A stretch of 64,000 nt of DNA from Tubiluchus corallicola. Lineage: Eukaryota; Animalia; Priapulida. Below the pieces are notes generated by a model. The model was given only the letters and a program-made list of their open reading frames with translations. It did no database searches and was not told the origin of the DNA. How positions within the stretch are numbered: the first letter of the stretch is position 1; each line of letters opens with the position of its first letter. The stretch covers positions 1-64,000 of the forward strand of contig JAQGDQ010000373.1 of NCBI GenBank assembly GCA_030141605.1. The letters are read 5' to 3'. Positions 36,217 through 49,200 of the stretch are shown piece after piece. A program made the translations under genes and the position numbers.

Positions 36217-37619
36217 TTTTCTGGAGAATGCTGCTGTCGTCTGGTTAGTATTTTCTTCTTTCTCGATCCACATATTCCTTTGCAGTGGGTTTCACATACT
36301 TCTGGATATTTAGTAGTATCTCACAAACTTGCACACACGCCCAGGCGTTCTTCAAACAAAGTAAGGCTGTTGTTTTTCTTCTTGTAGTTGTTATTCTTGT
36401 CGTTCTTGTTCTAAGCTCACTGTTGTTGTTCTTATTCGTAATGAAGTTGTAATCTCCATCTGATAAGGCTGACAGTTTTGTCTGCATTTTTTTACATTTC
36501 CGTTCTTACCTACATTTCATATCATCAATGCATGGACCTGCACAATAGCAGTAATATTTGTTTTTATCTACACAAGTCTTTTTGCAATCTGGCACACATG
36601 TACAATATAACACGATTTTATCGAGCTTTAAGGGATCGTGAAAATTTCTCGCGTCTCGTTATAGCCGTGGTCAATTGTCTCAGTATACAAGATCCAAATG
36701 AAGCCTATAAGGCGTATATGATGTAGTAATGAAAAGAACACTTTCTTTTGAGACTGGCGCAAGTTTCTTAGAGTCTGCCACTATTAAGCAACTATTTACT
36801 CACAAAAGAGTAAAATTATGGGGTTCAAACTCTGTTATTTCTAGGACTACGTCAGTATTAAATAAGTTCTTGCATAAAATTGCCGCACTAGGTACTTTTC
36901 TAAGTTGCCACTACTGACTGCTGTGATTCATTGTGTCGTCTGCTGATGGCTGAGCGTGTTTTATGTGGGTGTTACAGTACGTTAAAAGCATTAATTAGGT
37001 TTATATTCAAGGATTAGCCTTCTTATGCAAATACAGTGATGATTCTTACATTCCTCCTTGCACTTTTCATTCTTAGCAAGTAATTCCTTCACGTTTCACT
37101 ATTCTTAGATTTATTTATGCGGCTTTGCTCTACATTCTTACACCTGCCCTCACATTTGCACAGCTAATAAGATTGGGATTCCTGTATGAGGGACCGCAGT
37201 TCCTCCGACAATTCCTTATCCTCTTCCAATATGAGGAGCGCTTTGATATCTTCTTAGTACAATTATCTCTACAGGCTGAGTTACACTTTTGATAAAGTCC
37301 ACACTTTTTGATCACTTCTAGGGGTTGGTGTCATTTTATTCTCTTTGTTGTTCTTCCAGTCACATTTTGCAGTTCAGTAGTTGAGTTTTTCTGATGAACA
37401 GAGCTGATATTTTAAAACACCTAAAATGCTGCAAAAGGCACCAATTTTTATTCACAAATCAGTCTGCTACAAGTTTACTTTACGCTGGTAAGTGTTTTGC
37501 AGTGTTTACAATATCTAAGATTTTTACCGAACGGAAAAGCTTTTGTGGGATCTTCATAATTATTGTGGAGTACAATATATAAATACGCCAGCCTGCTGTG
37601 TGTGTATTAAGTTGTACGC

Positions 37620-37730
37620 TAAACGGTGCTGCCATCTGGCAATGAGAACAATAGGATAACAACCGGATGTTCAGATAACGAATGATTGTGTCAGTTCAGA
37701 AGCCAGACACAGGGAAAGAGTCGCGGTGAG
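37620..37730 (+). promoter_or_regulatory. Candidate promoter and short non-coding first exon of ABCA copy B
   Basis: Inr-like TCAGTT at 37691-37696, donor cg|GTGAG at 37726, locally more CpG; matching acceptor tttttacAG at 39938-39939 upstream of the ATG. Confidence 0.35.
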
Positions 37731-38594
37731 AATCCCAAATCATTAATATAGGGTATCGTGAGACCGTAACCGGGATGTTTGACGCTAGCTTATCATTTCT
37801 AATCTCGTGTTTATCGCATGAAACGTAGAAACCTGTCACAAGTGGAATAACTTTGTCTTAGAAATCCCAAGAAAATAGAAAATTCTAAAATCAGGAAAGC
37901 CTTACTCTGCAAATGTATGTATTGATAGATCTTGTTGTAAAAAATACAAGAATATGTAATACAGTGGCAGTCACTGGACTTATAACATATTTGCGCTGAC
38001 GCCTGAAGCTGTTATCGGTATTTCGAACTCGAGTTAGAAGTGTACGCAGTCTGGGCCATTCCTACGATTGTTTTGGTGATCCTGAACTCTCAGTGTTTGT
38101 TGGTCCAGAATTGGTAAGATGCAGTAAAATAATTTATTATGTTTTTGTATTGCATAATTAATAATAAATTAATAATGTTAAATAATCTTTGGGCAATAAG
38201 CTCAGTTCATCTCTTAGTCTTAAGTCAATTTATTGCAGTTTGTACGAATGCATCTGAAAATATGGATGCATGTATGTGTTTGTCAAGCAAATCCATCCAT
38301 GGAGCTCTTAACTTTACGGTTTCTGTAATAGCGGTATAACTAAAGCTTGTAGTTGTAGTACAAGTTTGTAGTTGTGCGGCGCAGAATTATTAAAAAATCT
38401 TAATGGGCCAGGTCTAAATTTTAAAAAAACGAATACAAATAGAAATCCATCAATTTACATTTAAAATGCATTGCAGGCAAAATCTATTTAACTTGACATA
38501 CCTTAGAATCTGTTGTTGGAAAATTAAGACTACTGCTTGCGTTTTGATATTTTTGGTCAGTATATTGCTGAAAAATAGTCTTACAAATAAAAGA

Positions 38595-38741
38595 GAAGCC
38601 AAGGTTCCCATTAAGTAATATTATTTTTCTCCTCAAATGTTAGTGGTGGCTCGTGTATAGGTAGTGTGGAAGCCAAGGTTCCCATTAAGTAATATTAATT
38701 ATTTTTCTCCTCGAATGTTAGTGGTGGCTCGTGTATAGGTA
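38595..38741. repeat. ~74-bp tandem duplication
   Basis: gaagccaaggttcccattaagtaatatt...gttagtggtggctcgtgtataggta occurs twice. Confidence 0.85.
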
Positions 38742-39075
38742 CAGTGGAACTGCAGCACCCCCTGTTTTCACTGAATATTATAGATAATATTCAATATAAT
38801 AAGTCTCTTTTCTTTAGTTCTTTCTTTATACTTGTATGGTCCAGAGCACGTGAGGGTAGTACTGTTTGCTTCACAGCCCAGCACAGTGTGCTCACAGCTC
38901 AAGCATTGTCATGTTTGGCTGTTGTGTGCATGTGGTCATGTGCACATGTCTGAGATAAGACGCTGTACTTTAGGTAGAAAGAGTACTGTCACTCATGCAG
39001 GGTGTGTTATCAGTTATCACGCGCTTATAAGACACATATTCTTGCACTACGACAATTTAGACGATTCATAAGCGA

Positions 39076-39714
39076 ATGTGTGCTTGAATAGCAAAATCGT
39101 CCATAAGTCAGCAATTAAGCTTTTCTAGTTATTCAAATATCCTGAATCTCCATATGATGAGGATCATTTTGATACTAAGCTCATCGCTCTATATTGTTTT
39201 TAAGCTAAGATAAGATAATCCACGCTGAAGTTGAGATGCAGGCTATGCACTGAGAAATGTAATCTTGAGAAAATCGGTTAAATTCAGCCATTGTTTTTTG
39301 TTGTGTTTCTACAAAACACTCAGCAACTGTACGGAAGTGTGGTTTCTATGGATTTTGCAAGAGCAAATTGAGCTTACATTTAAATCCAGTAGATGGCTCT
39401 TCCTGATGAGCAACAGAAAAAACCCGAAGCTAAATGACTGCTTCCATGAGCTACAATCGGAGTTAGAGAATACAAGATTTTAGATATTAGATTCTAGACA
39501 GAAAAGTGGGTAAGGAGTTATAAAATTAGATTTTTAGTATTTTTTTGGACATTTTCCTGATAATTTGATACTAGAATATAAAAGTCCAGTATATTTAGCA
39601 TATGTTTTCATAAAAAATCGGCGTTTGACCAAATTCATGGTGCTTTCTACTTTGAAGCATCATAACGTAGTTTTAACTATGCCGACTTACGGATGGTTTT
39701 GATTTGCAAGCACA
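39076..39714 (+). mobile_element. MITE family R1, copy 8
   Basis: Colinear with R1, both TIRs present. Confidence 0.85.
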
Positions 39715-40039
39715 TAAATAATATTTTTGTTTAGGATTTCATCCAGTTTATGTATAAATTTTCGTATGATTATTTTTTAAAATTGCAACATTAAAATTAC
39801 ATATGTTTCTTTTGTTTTACTCGTGCTGAAGCAGCAGCACCAATGATTTTAGCTACGAGCCATAATAATAAAAGTCCAGTTAGCACCTTGTGTACCTAAT
39901 TAGCAAAATAATGTTATGCCGAGTTTATTATTTTTACAGAAGAACAGGCATGTAATGAAATTCAAAAGAAATTCTGACCTCGTGTCTGAAGCAGCGCTGA
40001 GATAGCTTTGGAGGGCATCCAGTTGCACGACAGATCAAC

Positions 40040-40205
40040 ATGACGCGTCACTGTAGTTACCGGCACCAGTTTAAACTCCTCCTCTGGAAGAACTACTTGT
40101 TACAAAGAAGGAAAATTCTCGTGACATTCTTTGAAGTTGCGATTCCGACCGTACTGTCTTTGCTTCTAATCTTCATGCGAATTCTTATCCCCCGCCAGCA
40201 TGTAG
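40040..40205 (+). CDS. ABCA3: ABCA copy B first coding exon (TM1)
   Basis: [55 protein letters not shown]|gtatg; carries the ABCA xLxxKN motif. Confidence 0.92.
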
Positions 40206-43200
40206 GTATGTAAAACTACTGCAGGAAAATGCTGGAAAATTTTTGAAAATACAGTGTATCCTGCAAAGTCTTGGGAAAGTCAGGGAAAAAGACAATTTGG
40301 TAAAAAGTCAGGGAAAATGGGGCGAAAAGTCGGGGAAATTTGTGCTTATCTTGGTCATCGAAAATCAATAATTGGTCAGGTAAAAGTCATGGAAAAGCCA
40401 GGGAAATTTATTTTAAAACTTTGTGGGAATCCTGCTACTGTATTTTACTCTTAAACATTTCTTTTTCCCATTGCTATTGTAATTTATCTGGGAAAGAAGC
40501 GAGATTGAATTGAAATTGAATTTGATAGAAGTTTCAACCTATATGACAGGCAATTGGATTTTTAATTTGGTTTGCGTGAGCTGGTGCAGTATGGCAATCT
40601 CTCAATTTAGGGCTTTGCCATTTGGCGAGCTACAAGACTCGACAAAAAGAAATTCTGTAACAATATAGCATTTTGAGTCTGTCATTTTGTGATCTAGGAA
40701 AATTTTAGTTAATTATAATCTATAGAAAAATTATGAAAAGTTTAGCTAATTATATGCATTCTCACAGACGTGTTTATCACTTATAGTGTTAAGTGCCTAT
40801 GCTGCATTAGTCTGTACATGTAACAATCCTTTATAACAGAAAATTACAGTTTTTCACATCAAGTTTAAAGGACAAGAAAAGGGGTACCTGAAGTAGGTTT
40901 CAGAAGAATCGCCTTAAAAAATTATATTACTTTATAAGAATTTTATGCATATATCGTACTCGCGTTGAAAAGAATTTTTGTTCGTTTTCATTTTAAATCT
41001 CCCGCAATAATGTTCCGACGCGTCATCACATGACATCACCTATGCACAACGTAGATCAGGGGAAGAAAAGCAAATCTTAAATTATGTCTCAAAAAATTTC
41101 CATGCAAGGTGATATTACTTAGCATTTCACTTACCTGCTTGAATGATTTACGTAACTAGAAAAGAAAATTATTAATTATTTAAAATGCTTTCACCAGTTG
41201 GTAAAATGTTGCTGACTCACCCTCCAGGGTGCACCACTCTCTAACCAAAAGCGTATTTTTATCTTATTAACAAGATACAGTAATTTAAGATTTTACTTAG
41301 TAACGTGTGCACTACTAAGCTCGACGAAAGCTCAAATGCTCTACGTAGAAACTATGTTTCTAAACTTCCCTCAAATGAGTTATCGTCAAAATGGCTGCAT
41401 CTAACAGTCATCGCGGAAGTTTAAATTTACATGTTTTATGGAGCGTTATTGCTGACGCAAGTCTAATATGCAAGAAGGCAGTAAGTGATATAAAATTTCA
41501 AGACGATTTCAAAATTTCGATTTCACCTAAAGTTATTATTTAAAGTACAAGAAAACACAGAGCTGAAAAATTCGGACTTCAAATTCGGTATCGCCTACAT
41601 ACTGCCTTATTGTGCACAGAGCTTGTATTAGCAGCAACGCTGTATAAAGCTACGACTCCATGTTCTCGTGATGCATATTCAGATAATAGCCGTCACATTC
41701 GAGTGAATATGTATCACAGATTATGCATTACATACACGTAGAAACAATCCCACGTGTTTAAATACAAACTGTTTTATATGCATCGCACATTATGGATCAC
41801 GCATTACATGGAGTCGCATCTTAAAGGTTGAAAATTTAAACTCGCACAATGATCATTAGGCACAGACGTACTTACGGCGGGTCAATTGAAGCAAGTTTAC
41901 ATAACACTGCATGAATTTGAAAAAATAGTCAGAGCATTCGTAGCACACACTTCATTAACCACTCAAAAGTTTAAATTATTTTACATTCTCAGTAAAATTA
42001 ATTTTATGGTTCTTGGCAAGCAAGTGCCATTTTTAATGGTAATGAAACAGTGACACCTGGCGTGTGCATTTTAAATTACTAAGAATTTTCTTTTTCGGTT
42101 ACGTACAGTGTGTTTCAGACGGGTAATGCTAAATAACGTAACTTTGTATGGAACGTTTTTTTAGGCTTACTTTAAATTCCCATTTCTTCCCCTTTAAATG
42201 ACAGAAGCAAAAAATAATTTAAAATATCACATAACTAAGATGGCTGGAAATGTATAAATGTTTTGCAATGCCTTGTTGTTTGTTACCTTCTCTCACATCT
42301 TGATGTATAAAAAAAATGTTATCGCAAGTGTTTGTATTCTTTTGTAGGAACGGAAACGCATTATCCGATTTTTTCCATAGATGAATTTCCAAAAAATTTA
42401 ACGTCAGTAACTAGAAAACCGTGGACGATAGCATATACACCAAGTCTCCCAGCTGTGCACGAAGTCATGAATTTGGTTAAACGTAACCTTGGTGTCAATG
42501 GTAAGCTGGAGTTATTTTGCAATTTTTAGACCTTGAGAGATTTAAATCTGTTGTAAAAGGAAGATAAGTTTGAAAATGTTAATTTCGCTACAGTCTAATA
42601 GCGAAAAATTCTGTTTCTGAAATGATGTCACTACATTCAATAGTCAGAGTCCAATGCAGTACGTTTCGCCACAGTCCCTGACTCTACCAACAAATTTTTG
42701 AAGTATTTAACCTAGATTTAAATTCATTAAACTTTACGAGACGAGAAAAAGCAGACATTTACAAATTGAAGTTACATGTGTTGGTGCTACATAGCTCAGA
42801 ATTGGGCAGAAATTGTTGACATTGACTGTACAATAATCTAAAGTCACCTTGTGATTGTAATACCTGCGCTGTAAAGTATAAATGATTCTAGAATACAATC
42901 ATCACGATGGCAGGATGATGTAGTTCCTACAATCACAAAAAATCACGAGAAAAACAGACATTTACAAATTGAAGTTACATGTGTTGGTGCTAAATAGCTC
43001 AGAATTGGGCAGAAATTGTTGACGTTGACTGTACAATAATCTAAAGTCACCTTGTGATTGTAATACCTGCGCTGTAAAGTACAAATGATTCTAGAATACA
43101 ATCATCACGATGGTAGGATGATATTAGTTCCTACAATCACAAAAAATCATTCTGTGGTTATAGTGGAAACTCTCTATTGTCACAATCTGTTGACTGTTCC

Positions 43201-46200
43201 TCACAAGTAGTGAGAAAGTGGTTTGGAAACTAGAAACAGTAGCGAGAACAACATATAGTTCAAGTTCTATATTTTTTGCTATATGTGTGCTTGCAAACCA
43301 AAACCGTCCTTAAATCGGCATAGTTAAAACTATGTTATGATGTTTCAAAGAAGAATGCACCAAATTTTGGTCAAATGTTGATTTTTTTATTTTTTATAAA
43401 AACAAACGCTAAATATATTGGACTTTTATATCCTAGCTTCAAATTATCAAGAAAATGTCATGATACATCAATGTATCATTACAGGCCTAATGTTGATAAT
43501 ACTGTATCCGCCATACTAACTTGTTAAGTGAGATCACTTGTGGCAGAAATATTTGTAAAAACGTTTCTTTTCAGTTGCGGCATTTCTTAATGAAAAGGCA
43601 TTGCTTAAACATATGAGCAGCGAACATATTTTAGCTGTGACTCTGGGCGGAGTTGTTTTTACTAGTGATTTTCTCAACTCCAGGGAATTTCCTTTTAATA
43701 TAAGGTAAACCAATGTCAGCTAATGTTACTTCTGTATTTAAAAAAGGCGATATTGAACAGGTTACTAATTATAGGCCAAATTCTCTATTTCCCCGTGTTT
43801 TTAAAACCTTTGAGTGGATTGTGTATAAAGAACTTTATAATTATCTTGTTACTGACAATAATCTGTTGAATGAGTGTAATTCTGGTTTCAAGCCTGGAGA
43901 TAGTACAATCAATTAATTGGTATCCATTGCCCACAAAATACACTCTGATCTAGATTGCTGGATATGAGGTATGGGCAGTTTTCGATGTAAGTAAAGCTTT
44001 TGACAAGGTCTGGCACAAAGATCTCACATTCAAATTATCCCAGCTTGGCATCAGTGGTTCCTTACTACGTTGGTTAGCTTCTTATTTACCTGTTGTAGTC
44101 AACAAGTAGTTATGAAAGGTGCCTCATCAGATTCTTTGTCCCTGGCTGCTGGGTTGCCTCAGGGCTCCATTCTGGGCCCTCTTTTGTTTCTTGTCAATGT
44201 AAATGACATTACTCATAACATACAGAGTGACATACATCTTTTTGCCGATCATACAGTCAGAGACCCGGTAGATTGCGTCTAAATTCCGACCTAGAGACCT
44301 TGCAGCACTGGCTGATAGATGCTGTGTTACCTTTAATCCACAGAAAACTGAAGTAATGCTTTTCTCTCGTAAAATCCAACAATGTCATCATATGCCACTT
44401 TATCTCAATAATATATCTTTAAGACATGTGAATTCTTATAAGCAGATGGGGATACATTTTACATGTGATCTAAAATGGGAGTAAAATGTAAACTAGATAA
44501 TCGTATCAGGGGTTAGTAGCCAGAGTTTCCTGACCTTCCTATGAAAACTTACGGGATCAAAGTTTTAAATTTGAACAAACAACTTGTTTTTTTTTTTTTT
44601 TTTTTTTTTAGAGTTTCAAGAGTTTCAAGAGTTTTATTTGTTTAGTTCAAATTTAAACCATTTCTGAAGATTCTCTATAAGTGGTTATCTCTCGTAAATG
44701 TCGGCCATTTTCTGTGGTTGTCTTTTCTGTACATTATTAACCAAAAGTCTAGCCAAAGAGCTTACCTGAAATAGACCTCCTGCAGATAGAGACTTTCGGA
44801 CTTTTGTAGTACGTAATATGAAGTATTGTCTAGAGTTCGAAATGATTAACCCTTTCACTACAGAAGCGGTACACTGCCGCCTATGTTTTTCTTGTAAGGG
44901 ACAGAAGGCGGTAGACTGGCACCGTAGCTCAGCACTAAGCACAGTTACTCAGGTTTGTTTATTTCGCTGCTACGGCCAAGCAAAGATATTGTAGAAAAGT
45001 TTAACAGCTGTGGGATTGGGGTTGCTTCTCAACAAGCTAACCAACCAATCAGCATCTTTTGCCAGGTGCATTCCACAAAACTGTACTGTATAGTATATTT
45101 ATACGCAATATTGCTCGTCGATAGTTGTTGAAACGTGTTTAGTTGCTTGTTCTGCATTCTTATAACACAATTGCGTATTATGGATTATTAAATTGGCTTC
45201 TAAATATAAGTATGTGCACGAGTGCATATATGTGTGCGCTGATGTGTGTGCATGTGTATACATAAAACTAATATTCAATATTAGTGTTTAATAACAAACT
45301 GTTATTTGTTTGTTTACAAGATCTGTTTTAGTAACACACCACAAGATGTTATTGTCAAATGTGCAAAGGCCAATGCAACCCATTAACAAGCCACTACATT
45401 GTGAAGGGTTAATTTCTGGATTTTTAAATTTAGTTACAAGATAAGATTGAAATCTTCACCACGTAATGCACCGCAGAACGAATCAGCAAACATTTTTACG
45501 CTGGAGAATAAGTGGTTTACTCAGCTTCAGATGCCCTTTATAGACCGTCTGGGTCCAAGAAACCCCGAAAAGCCATGGGGCGGGACACCAGGTGAGTTTT
45601 TTCAATTTTTGGCTTCGTAATTTTAAGCATTTTAGTAGTTTTGCACTGTAAAAGGACTAAACGACAGTTGCGCAAAGTTGGTATGTAGCTGAGATGCAGT
45701 GGCTATAATAAACCAGGGTTCCCACAGTCAGGGAAAATCCTTGAAAATACAGGCTATCCTGGAAAGTCAGGGAAAATGATGAAAATGGGACGAAAAGTCA
45801 GGGAAATTGGAAAGGGTTGCAAAAATAATCACCGTGAACCGATATTTTCCAAACATGTTTTTCAGCGATTCATCTTCAAGTAAAATTTTGTTATGGTAGG
45901 CTCCCAGTTTCCACTTCTGTTCCAAAAATAATGATTGGCCAACACATTATATATCAGTATATGTATGAATTTCCATACACAAAAATATTTGACTACCTAT
46001 ACTGGTAATACAATTTCTGCTTATCTTGGTCATGGAAAATCAATATCTGATCAGGGAAAAGTCAGGGAAATTATTTTAAAATTCTGTGGGAACCCTGGTA
46101 AGCGGCTCTTGCTTGACAGTAATGAGCGAAAAATTTCATTTTATGTGACAGAAACAGGTGTTTCACAAAGAGCTACAACTGATGCATTGGATAGTGTTAA

Positions 46201-49200
46201 AACAGAAACAATGTCTAATTAATATAGTAATACGAGGTTGAACCTTTTTCTATGAGGTGCAGAAGCTCCGATTGTTACTACAGAACAATTTTTTACATCA
46301 AAATGATGCTAAAACAGTTATGAAAATATCGTACACTCAAAATCTTGAGTATTAGCTTTTGGAATTTTGCACTTCTTGCATTCTTGAGGAGTGTCATCGG
46401 AGTAGCGACTTACAGAACTTGAAGTCTGCCAACCATGGTTATCCAATGTTATTAACCCTGTACTAACCATAATAACTAATAGGTTAACTAGGCTATAGCC
46501 TAGGGTGCCAAAGTCTGAAGGCATCGCATTTTAGAAAAGGGTGCATTTTTCAGTATATGGCACATTTTATAACACACCACAGGCAGTTACTGAGGGAGTT
46601 TTTATATAAGTGCCACATAACGAACAGGTGCAAAGTATTACACAACAAGCAGTTGTGCAGCCTGCTTGGATATAAAGGCATGTAATTAAATGTAATGACA
46701 GCATGGAAACTAGGTTAATAGTGTTTCTAATATACCACAAGTAATTGTTTAAACTGCTTATTATATAAATAATCATAAATTCACAATACAGATGGGTGGG
46801 ACAGAACTGTCAGCTTAGGGCATTGTAAAGCGTCCACTTTGTCTTTCAGGATAGTTCCCGTGTGTTTGACGGGGTTGAGGTTTAGTGAATTTCCAGGCCA
46901 ATCAGTTCAATAAAAAAACTATAATCCCAGAATTTTCAAGTTTCTTTTCCAGACTTGTCCTTCAAAACCGCAGGCTGTGCCAGACATCCAAGGAGGGCGA
47001 TAGATTCGCTATTGTTGCAGCAATGAGTACTGTACTGTTATTTGTTGTTTTTGTACCCCCCCACTCCTGGTAGAAAGTTGTGTACCATCCTGTATTTGTT
47101 CAACATAATCAGTCAAGCTAATAATCCTTTTCACAATTCCAGTGATTGACGGTCAAAGGTTAAGTGTACCAGACAACGCTTTCGGCATACACTTGACAAC
47201 ACCTCGCAGCCCATGCTGTTGTAATAGTAACAGTTTTAACAGCTAGCTAGAACGTTGCCTAGTTCATTTTTTCTTGTTCCCAAGCCAGATTCTGCTAGTA
47301 AATCACTCCAAGCACAGACTAATGTATAATCAAGTAAAATGCACGTAAAGCAACTGAAGTTACTGAACTGATGTGGCAGATGGCTTTGCTCTCCCTACAT
47401 GTCAAGTGACGGTTGCAGTTAACACACATGCTGTGGTACACTTAACCTTTGACCTGCAGCAACTGCACAACAAAACTGTGAAAAGTCTTATTGTAAACGG
47501 CAGTCTCTGGTAGTATAGTCTACAGGCGGCTACCCTCTAGACAATAGACAATCTGCAGATACTTTTTTCAGATACATTTTTTTTGTTTCAGTTGAGCAGT
47601 AAAAAGTTCTTTTTCAGAGGTTTCTTGTACTGGTTGATTTTCGCATTTTCGCGTTGTTTTTTTCAGTAAGTGTTCGATGATGGTCTGTTTTTTAGTCGCA
47701 AATGTTTAGAGAAGCGATTACTTTTGTGGCGCAACGCAATGCCTGATTAGTTTCTAAGCTGAAAACAGAGCTATAGCTTCCTTGAATTAGTTCTAGTCAG
47801 GCAATGTCTTGCGAATTTTATTTACCTTTGTGAATTTTATTCAACGCTTATTTATTATCAGGTTATATGAGAGAAGGTTTCCTAACACTTCAGCATGCGG
47901 TTAACCAAGCTGTCACTGAATATATATCTGGACAGAGTTTAAACTATTCTACTGTTGCCATGCGGAGGTAAAAAAAAGATTTTGGAGGCATTTGATGTAG
48001 ATGAAGAGAATTATCTTACTGTTTGTGAACAACTTCCTTAAGTTTAACATTTGGTTTGTGTAAAAAGATTGTGCAAATTCAAACTACAGTAAACTATGTG
48101 TAGCTCGACCTATTGTAACTCGAATTGTTGTGTGTCTCGAACAGATCTCGTGGAACAATTTCTCCTTTCCATTTTTCTCTTTACCGAAGATCGTGTAACT
48201 GAAATTATTGCATAACCCAAACCAAATTCCCGGTGCAATTTTTAAACGTCTAATGGAAATTACCCTGCCTATCTCGAACAGCCACTTGAGCAAGAAATTC
48301 TACTCGAAAGTGTGTACCACGTTACGATTTTAACTGCTAGTTTCAGCAAAATCACTAAGGTTTCTTGTATTACCTTAGGAGAATGCTGAACACAACATGG
48401 ATTAATGAGCGTGGCTTGATAACCATTCACAAAATTATTATTGCCGAATTCTGTTAACCATGCTACTCATACTACAATAAAGGTGGACTAGTCATTTTAT
48501 TTTTGATTATTCATAAAAATTGTTGTTTGGTATTTGTTAAAAGACTCAATTTGTCATTTTCGCAGGCTGCAGTGTATTTTCCAATGTTGATGAGTGACTC
48601 AATCTTGTCTTCTTACGAACATCGTCTAACTCGCACCTTGCATAACTGGAAGAAATTTACTGGTCCCGAGGTGTTTGAGTTATACCTAGTTCACTGTAGC
48701 CCAACAGCTGTATAATTTTTTTGTCGCTGCTGTAACATGTGCTTGAACTGTCTATGGCTTTTGGTTAATCTGTGCCCATTATAACAACTTCATGAAGTTT
48801 GTTAATCCACTTTAAACAAATAAAAATTATATATATATAAAACAAGTTCGTTCTAACAAAGGTTTCCCTCATTGTTTGACTGATTAGTCTTTTTTCTAGG
48901 TTTCCATTTTCTTCATATATATATATAACAAGTTCGTTATAACAAAGGTTTCCCTCATTGTTTGACTGATTAGTCTTTTTTCTAGGTTTCCATTTCCTTC
49001 GTATAACGACGATAGGTTTGTGCTTGTGATAAAGCTGCAGCTGCCGTTTCTTCTTATGTTGAGTTTATTATTTTCCGTGCTAAATTTCACCCGCAATGTT
49101 GTTCAAGAGAAAGAGTTAAAATTAAAGGTAAGTGCTGCCGCAGTGTATCCGCTTCTGAACTGTGTCAGATAAGGCTGTAGCGATACACCTAAGTCATGAT

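Noticed and set aside
37331-37333. In-frame TGA as selenocysteine
   Set aside because: No SECIS recognised, AATAAA follows the terminal stop closely, and CGA-to-TGA decay is the simpler explanation.
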